DNA of 64,000 bases from Selaginella moellendorffii (lineage: Eukaryota; Plantae; Lycopodiophyta), in NCBI RefSeq assembly GCF_000143415.4, contig NW_003314433.1, positions 87,352-151,351 of the forward strand, given 5' to 3'. How positions within the stretch are numbered: the stretch's first letter is position 1; each line of letters begins with the position of its first letter. A program made the translations under genes and the position numbers. Below are positions 22,447 to 36,124 of this stretch, piece after piece. The notes below the pieces were generated by a model. The model worked only from the letters and a program-made list of their open reading frames with translations, was not told the origin of the DNA and searched no databases.

Positions 22447-24108
22447 CTGCTTGCTCGTGGATTTTTTAACGAATTTCTTCGTCTTTCGTGTGCTGCCGGG
22501 CTTGAGGAAATCTGTCCGAGAAACTGGGCATGTATCTTGTTTCCAGTTTGGGTTGCTTCGGACGACTTTCGTGCCGGTTGCCGGAGGAAAAAGAATTGTC
22601 ATGGAAAAAACAATGGAACCTGTAAGCGCTCTGGACAACACGTTAGCTTGTCACATCCTTGGCAAAAAGCTTAGACTTTGCTGGATGATCTGCGGCCTTG
22701 ATCTCAGGCTAATGCCGTGCTGATCGCATCAGCGAGAGGAATTTAAAGACTTTTCCAGTCGACAAGAAGTGGTGGAGTGATCGGGCAGTGATCCATCGAC
22801 TTCGAGCGAAACATGACATGGATCGAATCGTCCGAGTCCAAGTAGAAAAAGAAAAAGGACGAGATGGAGATGGAGGGATCAAAGAAGTGGAGCGCGGTAA
22901 AGTCAATCAAAGCCAGCGCCATTTCTTTCTCTCCTCTCAGATTTTTGCGCTCTCTTTCCTTCAAACTTTCTGTGTGGCTGGCAACAAAAACAAAGGCCAC
23001 ACATGGGGAGCTAAAGAGGGAACATGGACTCCCAGCGAACAATAAAAATAAGCATTTTGGGGGCCCAAAACCGGACCACGGGCCGATTCCGGAATATTCT
23101 CCGGCAACGAATATTCTATTATTCCTTAGGGTTAGGGCACCGCCCGAGTAAAAGGTGTTGCAATAGAGTCAGACCAATAATGACACGATGTAAAAAAGAA
23201 GAACTATTGTCATCCCCTTAGTTTTTGATTTCTAGGTTTAGCTACAGTGGCGTTCTCTCTTTTATTCTCTTTAACAAAGCCCAATGAATGGAGTTTCAAA
23301 ACGTCGTACCCCACGTACTATACGAGGGGTTGGTTGTCACGTAGAGGTGATCATGAGGAAGCACTACCAAGGATTGGAGGCGTATAATAAACTAGAGAGA
23401 AGCGTATGGTAGCGGTGGAGGCGTGGAGTGTACGGTGGCGGGTTCGAGTCCGCCGGTCCGTGGCTCGCGGCGCGGCATCCGCTGGTCCGGGCCCAGTGGT
23501 CCATTTTATGACCCAAACTGGATTCCGACAAAAACCGGTTAGCTTAAATTAGAGGCAGATAGCCAAGTTGGCGCCAAGTCCGCGGTGGCTGGAATGTATA
23601 TCCAGATGTAGCTGTGCCACGTGTCAAAAGGTCAATTCCCGACCTGGGTGGAATTGTACGTCATTTAGCTATTAGCTAGTAGATGGCTATGGCGAGGAGC
23701 GGCGCCTTTGCTCTTCTCTCTCTCTCGCCGAGCAAAGCGGGGATCTTGATGCGCTAGGGCATCGATTCTCGTTGATCGTGTTGGCAGCGCCTCGCAGCGG
23801 TGGCGGCATTGGGATTGTGACGCTTGCCCGGGCAATGTGTCGAATTTGAAGGCGCTGCGCCACTGTGTCACGGGCGCGATCGGCGAGCGCAGCGCGCGTC
23901 GACGGGGCATCGATGGAGCTAGGTAATCACACAAGGGGCTCGCGTTGAATCGAGCTTTTTCCTTCTTTCTCTCTGCTTCCCGTGATCTTCCTCGCTTTTC
24001 CCATTCGATCCTCGGCTTTCCATGGCGAATTGGAGGTAATCGCTCCGAAATATTCCCTCCTGTCGGAAGCGCTTGCTCGAAATATTTCCACTCCGATCGA
24101 TCCGCAAG

Positions 24109-25150
24109 ATGGAGCTCCACGGCGGCGACCCGGACCTCTGCTATGGCCTGGACGTGGATCTTGTGGGAGACAACGATGAGGCCTGGGCGAGGCGGTCGTC
24201 CAGGATCACGAGGATTTCAGCGACGACGACATGGACGTGGACGAGCTGGAGAAGAGGATTTGGAACGATCGGCTGCGGCTCAAGCGGATCAAGGACAAGC
24301 AAAAGGCCAGGGTCAACAACGCATTCTCCTCGAATCACTCGAATCACAGCAGCCATGCGCAGCCGCAGCAGCAGCAGCATCACGGCGGCCCAGCAGCGCA
24401 GCACCAGAATCTGGGCAATCTCCCCAAGCACAAGCAATCCCAGGAGCAAGCCCGGCGGAAGATGTTGCGAGCCCAGGACGGGATCCTCAAGTACACTCTC
24501 AAGATGATGGAGGTCTGCAAAGCCCAAGGATTCGTCTATGGTATCATCCCCGAGAAGGGCAAGCCAGTGAGCGGCGCCAGCGACAACATCCGCGCGTGGT
24601 GGAAGGAGAAGGTCCGCTTCGATCGGAACGGCCCCGCCGCCATGGCCAAGTACGAGGCGGAGCACGGCATCTGCTCCAGATCCGGCGGAGGCGCTGGCCA
24701 GCTCTCCGCCGCCACCCCGACGCCACACACTCTCCAGGAGCTCCAGGACACCACCCTCGGATCGCTTCTCTCGGCGCTAATGCAGCACTGCGATCCACCC
24801 CAGCGGAGGTACCCGCTGGAGAAAGGGGTGGCGCCGCCGTGGTGGCCGAGCGGCGACGAGGAGTGGTGGCCCGAGCTTGGGCTTCCAAAGGGGCAGGGGC
24901 CGCCGCCGTATAAGAAGCCCCATGATCTCAAGAAGGTGTGGAAGGTTGGAGTTCTCACTGCGGTGATCCGACACATGTCCCCGGATATCGAAGATCAGGA
25001 AGCTCGTGAGGCAGTCCAAGTGCGACTGCCAAGGAGAGCGCGACGTGGATCTCGGTGCTCAACCAGGAGGAGGCGCTGGCGAGGCAGTGGAATTTGATCG
25101 GGCAGCAGCAGCAGCAGCAGAGCCACCACCACCGCCATAACCAGGTGATT
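24109..25150 (+). pseudogene. EIN3: EIN3/EIL-like (copy 2); longest intact middle, frameshifted at both ends
   Basis: ORF 24231-25097 retains [25 protein letters not shown] and [23 protein letters not shown]. Frame is lost after MSPDI. Confidence 0.93.
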
Positions 25151-25540
25151 GTGATGAGGATAACCCTTGAGACATTGCCTTGGATTGCTCTTCCAGGAAG
25201 AGGTCGAAGAGCAAGAAAACAATGAGGAAGCACCAGACAGATCCATTCGAGGTATAGAAACTCTGAGAAGGAATTTGTGTGGAGCGACTCTTGAATGTTC
25301 TTTGCAGATTTCTATGTGAACGGAAGATCCCTTTTACGATTCGGCGGTATCTCCGAATGAGAGAGTGGTCCTCTTCGTGCGTTTCTAAGAGGCTACGAGA
25401 TTGGGGAGGATTCTTGGAAGAGACAAGTTGGAAACTAGAGAAAAATCTCAAAAGATTCGTGGGATACTATGCATATGCTTTTAGGGTTCTTTGTAGATTA
25501 GCTAAAGGAGAAAATTCGCTAGGGTTTTCTTTCATTTGTA

Positions 25541-26830
25541 ATGGCAGGGGCGCGGCTCGCGATCGTCTCCGATCTTGATGGAACAATGGTACGCACCGCT
25601 CGTTTCTTCTTCGATGCGCTCTGGGCCGCGGATTATTTCCATGACTCGCTTCTGGTGTTCTCGACTGGAATATCGCCGACGATGTATCGCCTGCTGAGGC
25701 GGGAGAGGCCGCTGCTCACGCCGGAGGTCACGATCTTGTCTGTGGGGTACGGCGATGCCATGGTTCCAGATTCTGGATGAGAGCAAGAACTAAACAAGGG
25801 GTGGGATAGGGCTGTTTGGAAGAGACTTCCAAGTTTCCAGAGCTTACATTCCAGGTAGAAAAATTCCATATCCTCTCTTTGATGCTGTTTACAACGTTTT
25901 TCTCTATCTCGTGCTGGCTTTTTTTATTTTTTTCCTGTAGGAACAAACAGAACAGCGACCTCACAAAGTCAGCTTCAAGCTGAAGAAGGCAGAGGCTCCT
26001 CGGGTTGTGGAGACACTGTTGAATTGATTGATCGAGTGTGGGCCAAGTTTTTAGAGGATCGTTCGAAGCTTTCGTGATCTAATCCTTTTTCTTTTTTGTT
26101 CTTCCAGTTGGATGTAAAAATCATATACAGCGGAGGACAGGATATGCTTGAGCAGCTGACAAGGGACAGCTCATGAGGGAAGGCAGAGCTCCTCAGAAAG
26201 TTCTTGTGATGCTGAGCTCTTTGCCGTCAAAGACGTTTTTGGAGTGATCGTAAGTTCTTGAAGTCGATTGATCACCCACTCACTCACTGACGATCTCAGG
26301 TCGGGAATGCGTTTGAAGATCTTACGCAGTGGTACCTTGATAATGCCAAAGACAATCCCAAGATCTTTCGTGGCACTGAAAGATGCGCTTCGGGAATCTT
26401 ACAAGCTATCCGAGAGTTCAAGTTTGATCCTTGTGTTTCGCCCAGGGATGCCGACTTACTGAGCCAGCTCACTGCTGGGGACACCGAAGGGTTGATCGGA
26501 CGTGGAGTGGTGCTACTGTGTGAGATGGTTACGAGGCGAGGTTGAAAGCTCCCACGAGGTGTTTGAACACTTGAAAAGGCCAATGGTAAGTTCCCCGTGT
26601 TTAGTAGTTTTGGATGCTTGAGCAACGAAATGGCTGGCAGGCCCCTGACTCAACGCTGGTCACTCCGTGGGGACTAGAAGACGATCTTCGTACAAGCGTT
26701 GAGATTCTACGTCCCTCCACGGTATTCACAGGGGAAAGAACTTCTGTATGTGGGTTGATCGAATTCGTGCGACGAAGGTTGGGGACGTTACTTGGGTTGT
26801 CAAGTTTGATAACTGGCAGCGAACGGGTAC
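25541..26830 (+). pseudogene. SPP: Sucrose-phosphatase pseudogene (copy 2)
   Basis: MAGARLAIVSDLDGTMV (HAD motif I), HDSLLVFSTGISPTMY..RPLLTPEVTILSVG..MVPDSG then a stop where W is expected. Confidence 0.9.
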
Positions 26831-28774
26831 GTTAAGTTCTTCTTTCTGATGCATTATTTTCTTGCTGGTGCATTCCAGACGAAGAGCTGAATTATCGCTT
26901 GACAACCGCCGTGTGTTTCAATATAAGGTGGCGTTCTTATCGCTTTGTTTTGGTGGAGTTATTCAGCTTTGCTTCTCTTACAGGATGACATGCCTTATGC
27001 GAGTGTATTACGAATCCACGAAACGTGGCTTGATGGTTATGCGGGAAGATCTTTGGTCCTAATGTAGGAGGCACAGCCAACGGTAGGCGAAAAAATAAGC
27101 AGGGACGAGTCATCGTCCAGGTAACCAAATATATTCCAGGTTTGCTGAGATTGATATATGGTGAAGAAAAACGAGACAAATGCGCACTCAGTGATGGAGC
27201 CCGTAGTGCGACGATCCATGGTCGAGGTCGACTTACAACGCGTTGATAAGTTCTACACTTAATGGAATGGCATGTGGATCCAAACGCACACGCGTGATCG
27301 ACATTTGCGACAAGACGAGGGTATGTTTACGCATTTATACTCATTCATTCATGGTGTAGAACAGGGTGACATCAGGATCAAAAGCGAGAATAAGATACAC
27401 TCAGGTCGGAACGACAGGGATCAAACTCATCAGTAGCAACGGAGAGGTTTGTATTCTGGATTTAAATCGCGTCTCTCAGCAAGCTTTCGATGAACAGCAA
27501 ATGGAAGGAGAAAAAACCCGGCGGGTTGGGGTCCACGTCGTCAACAAAACGATGCGGATCAATGTTAAAAACCCACAGACTGGTACGTGCAATGCTTTAC
27601 AGCCAGAAGTTTTGGCTTTCTTAGCGAAGAATCGTGCAGAATCTGGCAAGGAAAAGGAAAAGTATAATCGGGCCACTAACAAGGTGGAGCATCGCGAATG
27701 GAAGATAAGCTAAAATGCATTTATTTTCGTTCTCTTTCTTTCTCCGTGGTATGGGGGACTTCTCTCAGCATATCCCGAGCTGCATATCCAGTGATTCAAA
27801 GCAAAGTTCTCACCCTTATACCCCTCTTTGATGATAGTCGGGCAATTATCACACCACTATTCTTCCATGTCTTGTGTGTCTCTAGTCGGCCAACCAGAGT
27901 ATAAAATGCGACCACCACCTTCATTGCAAACTCCCCCTGCTCCCTCTTCCTCTCGCAGAAGGAGAGAAGGCTCCAAGTTTTTGAGTGAGCAAAGGGCTCT
28001 CACCTCGAGAACTCGACAAGCTCCCTCGATTCCAAGCTTGGCTCCTTCGGTTATTCTTCTCCTCTTCGTCCCCTTGCAAGAGTAAGTTTTTTCTTTGCTT
28101 TCGTAGTTCTGAGCTTGCGATTCTTTCAGTTTGGTTGCGCCAGCAATCGGGATTCCGACGAAACAAAACGCTCCATAAGCGTGATTTCCAGAAAGAGTAC
28201 GTGCATCGCTTCCTTCCATGCTTTAGATGCTCAAATGATTCTTTCATTCCCTTTCGCTCGCATAAATTACTCGTGTTGACAAGAAAAGAGTTGAAGTGTG
28301 TGAGAGTGTGTGTAAGTGTGTAACTTACGACAGCTTCTTTTCATGTAGATTCCCCTGCATTCCCTGTCCTTTTGTTTCCTTTTTTAGTTCCATAGGCCAA
28401 TGGATCGCTTGCTTCTTCGCTCCTCTTGCACTCTGCTGCGTCAGTTTCTCTCAGGAAAACGTATTCTTATGTAATTGTTCGCTGGCGTCGGTGAGAAACG
28501 AAGGCTTTCCCCCTTTTTTCCAGAGATGATCTTAAGGCGCTGTTTTCTTGTGAGAATTGGTGCTCCTCCCCAGCACAATGCATTTGATGATTCCACGCCA
28601 CCATTTGTCTCGTCATATGCTCATTGCCACTGTTCTTTTTCTGCTTCCAGAGCACAGGCGCCAGAAAAGTTTGAAGAGGCATTCTGAACTTGACACCATT
28701 TCCTCCAGGTATTTCATCTCTTGCTTGATCGTTTTCTTGACGATGTTCGCCTCAGGTAATCCAAGCTTTCAGAC

Positions 28775-29656
28775 ATGGTGAAGTTCCAGAAGCAGCTGGA
28801 GGGCCAGCTCGTCCCAGAGTGGCGGGTGAAGTACTGCGACTACAAGCAGCTCAAGAAAGTTGTCAAGAGAATCAAAAACCAGATCCTACACAGCAGCACA
28901 AGGTGTTCGATCCAAATGTCTTCTCGGATGACAAGAGCAAGCTTCAAAACTTGCTGCAAAATCCCAGCGCCATCCTGAGCAGCTGCTGCGAACAATCCAT
29001 ATCCTCGGAAACGTCCATGGATGTTCTGGACTGTAAAGACGAAACAAAACTCTTCAATACGATGAGGTTGTGCACAAGACGAGAATTGCAGATGGCGAGG
29101 ATTTTTAAGAGAAGGAGCTGTTTGGAACTCGATCGGATCACGAAAAGAACTTCTTTTTCGGCCTTGACGATCAGCTCAACAAAGTGGACAAGTTTTTTAG
29201 ATGCAAGGAAGACGAGTACGATGCTCAAGCACAGCAACTTCACATCCAAATGGAAGAGCTCATCGTTATGCAAGGTTTGTTATAGCAGCCTCTAAATCTG
29301 TAGCACTTAACTTGGAATCGTTTGACGTCTACCATGTTGTAGATGACGAATGTCAGAGCTTGAATAACAAAGGAAAGGTTCAGCGAGCATCCAAGATGCT
29401 CCAGACGGCCTTTGTCGATGCAATCCCTCCAGGTAGTAAAGTTTATGGACCGCGCAGAGAGAGTGTTCACTCTGCACTTTACGAAAGGCAACCGAAAGCA
29501 AGCCAGGCCCATACACTCTGCGAGCAATCATGGAAATATAAACTTTATCCATTTCATGCATTCGGATCGTCGTTATTAATTAACCTTCTATCACCATTGA
29601 TGATAGGACGCAGAGATTGTATACTAGTAGTTTCATGGCAATGGCATTGCCTCTAG
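28775..29656 (+). pseudogene. PHO1: PHO1-like SPX fragment (copy 2)
   Basis: Same N-terminus as 8799, with an early frameshift and internal deletions. Confidence 0.85.
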
Positions 29657-30249
29657 AAAAGGAAAGCACTGACCATACCTTTGGGAATAACTGTAATCTA
29701 TTCATTTAATTTTCAGCTAGAACTTTCACGGACCTTATCGTTTCTTCTTGCTGCGCTCTTTGGAAGGTTTGGTAGCCTCCTCTTCGGCGTTGTGGTCGGC
29801 TTCAAGTCTCGCGAGCTGCAAATCAAACAATGCTGTTGTGAGGATTCCTTCTTGAGACACCACTTTACCTTGTCAAGGACCGCCGGGTTTTTTCTCCTTC
29901 CATTTGCTGTTCATCGAAAGCTTGCTGAGAGACGCGATTTAAATCCACAATACAAACCTCTCCGTTGCTACTGATGAGTTTGATCCCTGTCGTTCCAACC
30001 TGAGTGTGCCTGATTCTCGCTTTTGATCCTGATGTCACCTTGTTCTACAGCAACCACCATGAATGGATGAGTATAAATGTGTAAACATACCCTCGTTTTC
30101 CTTCACCATATATCAATCTCAGTAAACCTGGAATATATTTGTATGCCACTGCACACACAGCAGCATCCACTAAATTAGATTCCAGAGCTGATAACTTTTA
30201 CATGGTCACCTGGACGATGACAAGGACCAAAGGTCTTCCCACATAACCA

Positions 30250-31368
30250 TCAAGCCACGTTTCGTGGATTTCGTAATACACTCGCATAAGGTATGCCATC
30301 CTGTAAGAGAAGCAAAGCTGAATAACTCCACCAAAACAAGCACTTGGACTGCCTCACGAGCTTCTGCTGCTGCTGCTGCCCGATCAAATTCCCCGAGCAC
30401 TGCCTCGCCAGCGCCTCCTCCTGGTTGAGCACCGAGATCCACGTCGCGCTCTCCTTGGCAGTCATCTTGTCTTGCAAGCACTTGGACTGCCTCACGAGCT
30501 TCCTGATCTTCCCGATATCCGGGGACATGTGTCGGATCACCGCAGTGACAACTCCAACCTTCCACACCTTCTTGAGATCATGGGGCTTCTTATACGGCGG
30601 CGGCCCCTGCCCATTTGGAAGCCCAAGCTCGGGCCACCACTCCTCGTCGCCGCTCGGCCACCACGGCGGCGCCACCCCTTTCTCCAGCGGGTACCTCCGC
30701 TGGGGTGGATCGCAGTGCTGCATTAGCGCCGAGAGAAGCGATCCGAGGGTGGTGTCCTGGAGCTCCTGGAGAGTGTGTGGCGTCGGGGCGGCGGCGGAGA
30801 GCTGGCCAGCGCCGCCGCCGGATCTGGAGCAGATGCCCTCGTACTTGGCCATGGCGGCGGGGCCGTTCCGATCGAAGCGGACCTTCTCCTTCCATCACGC
30901 GGTTGTTGTTGCTGGCGCCGCTCACTGGCTTGCCCTTCTCGGGGATGATGCCATAGACGAATCCTTGGGCTTTGCAGACCTCCATGAGGATCGCGTCCTG
31001 GGCTCACGACATCTTCTTCCGCCGGGCTTGCTCCTGGGATTGCTTGTGCTTGACGAGATTGCCCAGATTCTGGTGCTGCGCTGCTGGGCCGCCGTGATGC
31101 TGCTGCTGCTGCTGCTGGCCATGGCTGCTGTGATTCGAGTGATTCGAGGAGAATGCGTTGTTGACCCTGGACTTTTGCTTGTCCTTGATCCGCTTGAGCC
31201 GCAGCCGATCGTTCCAAATCCTCTCTCCAGCTCGTCCACGTCCATGTCGTCGTCGCTGAAATCCTCGTGATCCTGGACGACCGCCTCGCCCAGGCCTCCA
31301 TCGTTGTCTCCCACAAGATCCACGTCCAGGCCATAGCAGAGATCCGGGTCGCCGCCGTGGAGCTCCAT
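30250..31368 (-). pseudogene. EIN3: EIN3/EIL-like (copy 3, inverted)
   Basis: Intact N-terminus [32 protein letters not shown], then frameshifts. ORF 30250-30852 carries the uninterrupted core [29 protein letters not shown]. Confidence 0.92.
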
Positions 31369-33065
31369 CTTGCGGATCGATCGGAGTGGAAATATTTCGA
31401 GCGCGCGCTGCCGAGAGGAGGGAATATTTCGGAGCGATTACCTCCAATTCGCCATGGATCGAATGGGAAAGCGAGGAAGATCACGGGAAGCAGAGAGAAA
31501 GAAGGAAAAAGCTCGATTCAACGCGAGCCCCTTGTTGATTACCTAGCTCCATCGATGCCCCGTCGACGCGCGCTGCGCTCGCCGATGGCGCCCGTGACAC
31601 AGTGGCGCAGCGCCTTCAAATTCGACGGGCAAGCGTCACAATCCCAATGCCGCCACCGCTGCGAGGCGCTGCCCAACGAGAATCGATGCCCTAGCGCATC
31701 AAGATCCCCGCTTTGCTGCGAGAGAGAGAGAGAAGAGCAAAGGCGCAGCGCTCCTCGCCATAGCCAACTACTAGCTAATAGCTATCCATCCAAATGCTGT
31801 ACAATTCCCCCCACTGCCTTTTTTACACGTGGCACAGCTACATCTGGTGGATGCCCTTTTCAGCCCTTCCGGCTTACGGCCAATTTGGCTATCTGCCTCA
31901 AATTTAGCTAAGCGGTTTGTTGCCAGATTTAGCAGCTCCCCGAAGCTGCCAGTTTGTCGGAATCCAGTTTGGGTCATAAAATGGACCACTGGGGGACCCC
32001 GGGCTCGAACCCGGATCAGTGGATGCCGCTCGAGCCACGGACCGGCGGTCTCGTCGCCGGACTCGAACCCGCCACCGTACGCTCTACGCCTCCACCGCTA
32101 CCATACGCCTCTCTCTAGTTTATTATACGCCTCCAATCCTTGGTAGTGCTTCCTCATGATCACCTCTACGTGACAACCAACCCGGCGTAGAGTACGTGGG
32201 GTACGACGTTTGAAACTCCATTCATTGGGCTTTGTTAAAGAGAATAAAAGAGAGAACGCCACTGTAGCTAAACCTAGAAATCAAAAACTAAACTACATCG
32301 TGCCATTATTGGTTTGACTCTATGGCTTAGATGCAACACCTTTTACTCGGGCGGTGCCCTAATCCTCGCGAATAATAAAATATTCGCTGCCGGAGAATAT
32401 TCCGGAATCGGCCCGTGGTGAGGTTTTGGGCCCCCCCCCAAAATGCTTATTTATATTGTTCGCTGGGAGTCCATGTTCCCTTTTTAGCTCCCCATGTGTG
32501 GCCTTTGTTTTTGTTGCCAGCCAAAGAAACACACAGAAAGTTTGAAGGAGAGAGAGAGAGCACAAAAATCTGAGAGGAGAGAAAGAAATGGCACTGGCTT
32601 TGATTGACTTTGCCGCGCTCCACTTCTTTGATCCCTCCATCTCCATCTCGTCCTTTTTCTTTTTCTACTTGGACTCGGACGATTCGATCCATGTCATGTT
32701 TCGCTCGAAGTCGATGGATCACTGCCCGATCACTCCACCACTTCTTGTCGACTGGAAAAGTCTTTAAATTCCTCTCGCTGATGCGATCAGCACAGCATTA
32801 GCCTGAGATCAAGGCCGCGGATCATCCAGCAAAGTCTAAGCTTTTTGCCACGGATGTGACAAGCTAACGTGTTGTCCAGAGCGCTTACAGGTTCCATTGT
32901 TTTTTCCATGACAATTCTTTTTCCTCCGGCGACCGGCACGAAAATCGTCCGAAGCAACCCAAACTGGAAACAAGATACATGCCCAGTTTCTCGGACAGAT
33001 TTCCTCAAGCCCGGCAGCACACGGAAGACGAAGAAATTCGTTAAAAAATCCACGAGCAAGCAGCA

Positions 33066-33096
<31 letters not shown>

Positions 33097-35905
33097 AAGA
33101 ACTTTGCCAAGCCCAAAGTCGTTGATGTTAAGCTAGGCCGTGCTTGAAGCGCGTGATGATGATCATGAAAGTTCCTGTCGAGATGCTCGGTGGATTCTCC
33201 GTGTCTCCAGCTAGAGACTTATCGATCAATCCACAGTGTGCGGCAGCCGTCGTTTTGCTCGATCGCTCCCTCGTTTGCAAAAGCTCGGACTTGACGATCC
33301 TTCTCTTTCTGCCATGGATTCCTCCATGAAGAGACCACCGAGCCAAGTTGCGAGAGTGAGGTTAAGCTGTAGTGATCTTACGGACATCCTCTTTTTGGAT
33401 TGCTTCCTTTTTTACTCCTTGTATCGTATCGACACTGTTGTAGAAGAAACAAACGAGTTTTGGAGGTAGCAACTTCCCTTCCATATGATTGATACATGAA
33501 GAACAAGACATCGCTTGCAAGTGGAAGATCACACGGGAGATGTTTGGAGTCAAACTGGAACTTTCGTGATTGTTACGAGCACCTCCCCTGAATCCAGCAC
33601 CACACTATCTATCTGGTAATGTTTCAAAACGAGTAAACTAATCAGTGTTTGTTGGGAATGAATGTTTGTGCTGCTTGGCCACTTGCACTGCGGCAGCAGA
33701 GGAGGATGTTTTGCGGCAACTATACCCGACTAAATCGAAGTACTTTAATTGCAATTTGCAAGATCACAAGTACTAGTCCTGAAGAAAAACAGCGAGATGT
33801 GCTTATAATCAAGGCATTGTTGCAACGCAAGTGGAAATTCACTATGTTTAGCTGGGCTTTCTGGGGATGCTTCATCTGAATCACATAGTGTCACCTTGCC
33901 GTATGAAAAAGACAAGAGAAAAATTCTTACTCACTAGAGTTTGGCAATTTTACTTTAGCTGCTACAATTTTTCCATTGTTGATACTCATTGTAGCTTCAT
34001 TCAACTCCACACTTTTTTACTTGATTAGAGATGTAAAGTTTTGTGTCAAGTTCTAAAATTTTGTCTATAGTTACAAAACCACAAGGTTATCCATAAATGG
34101 ATTGATATTACTATAAACAATTAAAGAAAACAATTTGAAAGTCGATCAATAGGGTTCAAATATAAAAGGAAATGGCTCATGAATAAAAATACATTTTATT
34201 TTCCAAATGCACTTATTTTTCCAATCGGTTAAAGGTTTTGGGATATTTGGGGTTAAGTGTCTCTAGGTTGGGTGACTTCCCGGGAATTTCAAATTCAAGA
34301 GTTTATAATTACTTCAATGTAAAGGTATAATTTCAACTTCTCTTTCTTCCTTTCAGCTTCTTTTTTTTGCTTTTCAATATGTAGTGAGTGAAATGCTTTC
34401 ACTCGTAAGTTTTTTATAGGTGAGTGAATAAAATTTGTATAACTTACTTTTCCAAAGTTACATTTAAGATGGCCAAGTGAGCAGTGTGATGTGCTCTTAC
34501 AACCAAGTGAATAGTTTCTTAACTTGTGCTAATTAGAGTTTGCTCACAGATATAATACAAAATAAATGGGGATGCAATAAATTTATTCATTTCTCTCCTC
34601 GAGATAAATCATTCGTTTACTTCTTGTTAAATATATAATTTTTGATTGTGATGTTTTTCACTTTTCTTGAAGGGTGCAACATATACTCCCTTATCCAAAG
34701 ATGCAGTTGTTGATTCCATGTTATAGGTAAAAATTTGATAATTAGGATTGTTGCAAGTTTCAATATTAATTTTGGGACTAACTTCTAAAGTTTTACTGAG
34801 ATTATTTTAAATTAATAAGTTCAAAACTTTTTTTGACAATCATAAGAAGTCAACACTTCAAGTTGGAAATATCACTAAGGTTAACCTTAACCATATAATA
34901 TCCAATCTTATTACAACCAAATGTGGTTTAGATTATTCAATAGCAATCCAAACATTTAACCATATTCATCACTTGGAGATGCAATAATAATTATCAATAG
35001 TTTGCTTTAGATATTGCTTTCCAAGGAATTGTTCTCATAAAAAACAATGGCTTACTACTTTTATTCACAATCTTGAAAATTGTGGCTCTTATAGGAAACA
35101 ATGTAAATACAATATACAGGCATGAACTTGCAAAAAAGCATGATAGATTATAAACAACCAAAGATAATAACTTAAAAAATTATTAATATTGTTTCAAATA
35201 TAGAATTTTACCCTTTGTTCCAATTAGTTATAAGTCTTGAGTTATTTGAGATTAAGCATCTTTAAATAGTCTGATTATAGTGCCATAAATAATATAAGTT
35301 AATGTTTGTAAAGAACCTAGCAAAAAAGAAAACAATTTAAAATTAAACAACCTTTTAAAAATGAAATATTTACTAGAATGTTCAAAATAAGTATTTAGAA
35401 AGCATTTTCATTAGAGCTACTCTCAAGTAACACTTGATATGTTGTAAATGATTTCATAGTAAAAAATATTTTTATACTTCATTTTTAAAATAATTATAAG
35501 TGGTGTTTATTACATATTTTGTAGTTTGTAAAAGATGTCTACAGACACTCAAAAACCTTTTGCTGTTAAATTATTTTCATTCGAGCACTTGCTTATAATA
35601 GTTAAAGCATAATACAGTGTTTAGTTTTATGGGATGGCATATATATGTAATTGAAAAGAGTAAACAAATTTCTATATGGAGTTTAGTAAGTAAATAGAAT
35701 TGTGAACAATGACAATTTTGATAAGTCTTTAAAGTGTAGTTTATAACATAGTTTAGCTAAACATTAATTTAAAAAATAAGTTGAAGTTAGTAAAGATAAT
35801 ATAAAGTTATCTCCTATAGTATGTGATGATAAATAACAATTAAGTACTTGTATTTAGTTTTGAAATGCATTACCTCAAAAGGTTTATTAATGTTAAATAA
35901 CTTCA

Positions 35906-36124
35906 TTTGAGACACATAATCCCTAGGCCTAAAGTGGAGCAAAAAGGGTGCCATGTGGTAGTGGCCGAAGTGAAAGCCAAACGAGCGTAACACGTTTGGA
36001 CTAAAAGGCTCCGACTTGAAATGTTAAGAGCGGGAGTGGAACTCCCAACGGAGTGCTCAAGGAACGAGCATGAAGCGAGCAATAAGCAAGGCTCCAAAAA
36101 GGGACCCAAAAAGGACTAACACAT
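35906..36124 (+). mobile_element. Truncated 5' piece (~220 bp) of an LTR from the same family as 52225-59891
   Basis: t(t)tgagacac..ccctaggcc..aagggtgccatgtggtagtggccgaag..ggctccaaaaagggaccc matches 52225-52442 with more divergence. Absent from copy A. Confidence 0.85.

Larger units (their letters stand above)
19775..29875 (+). repeat. Segmental duplication unit, copy B (direct, truncated at the equivalent of ~10265)
   Basis: Collinear with 1-10265 apart from small indels. Similarity ends at ...cactttaccttgtca (29875). Confidence 0.95.
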
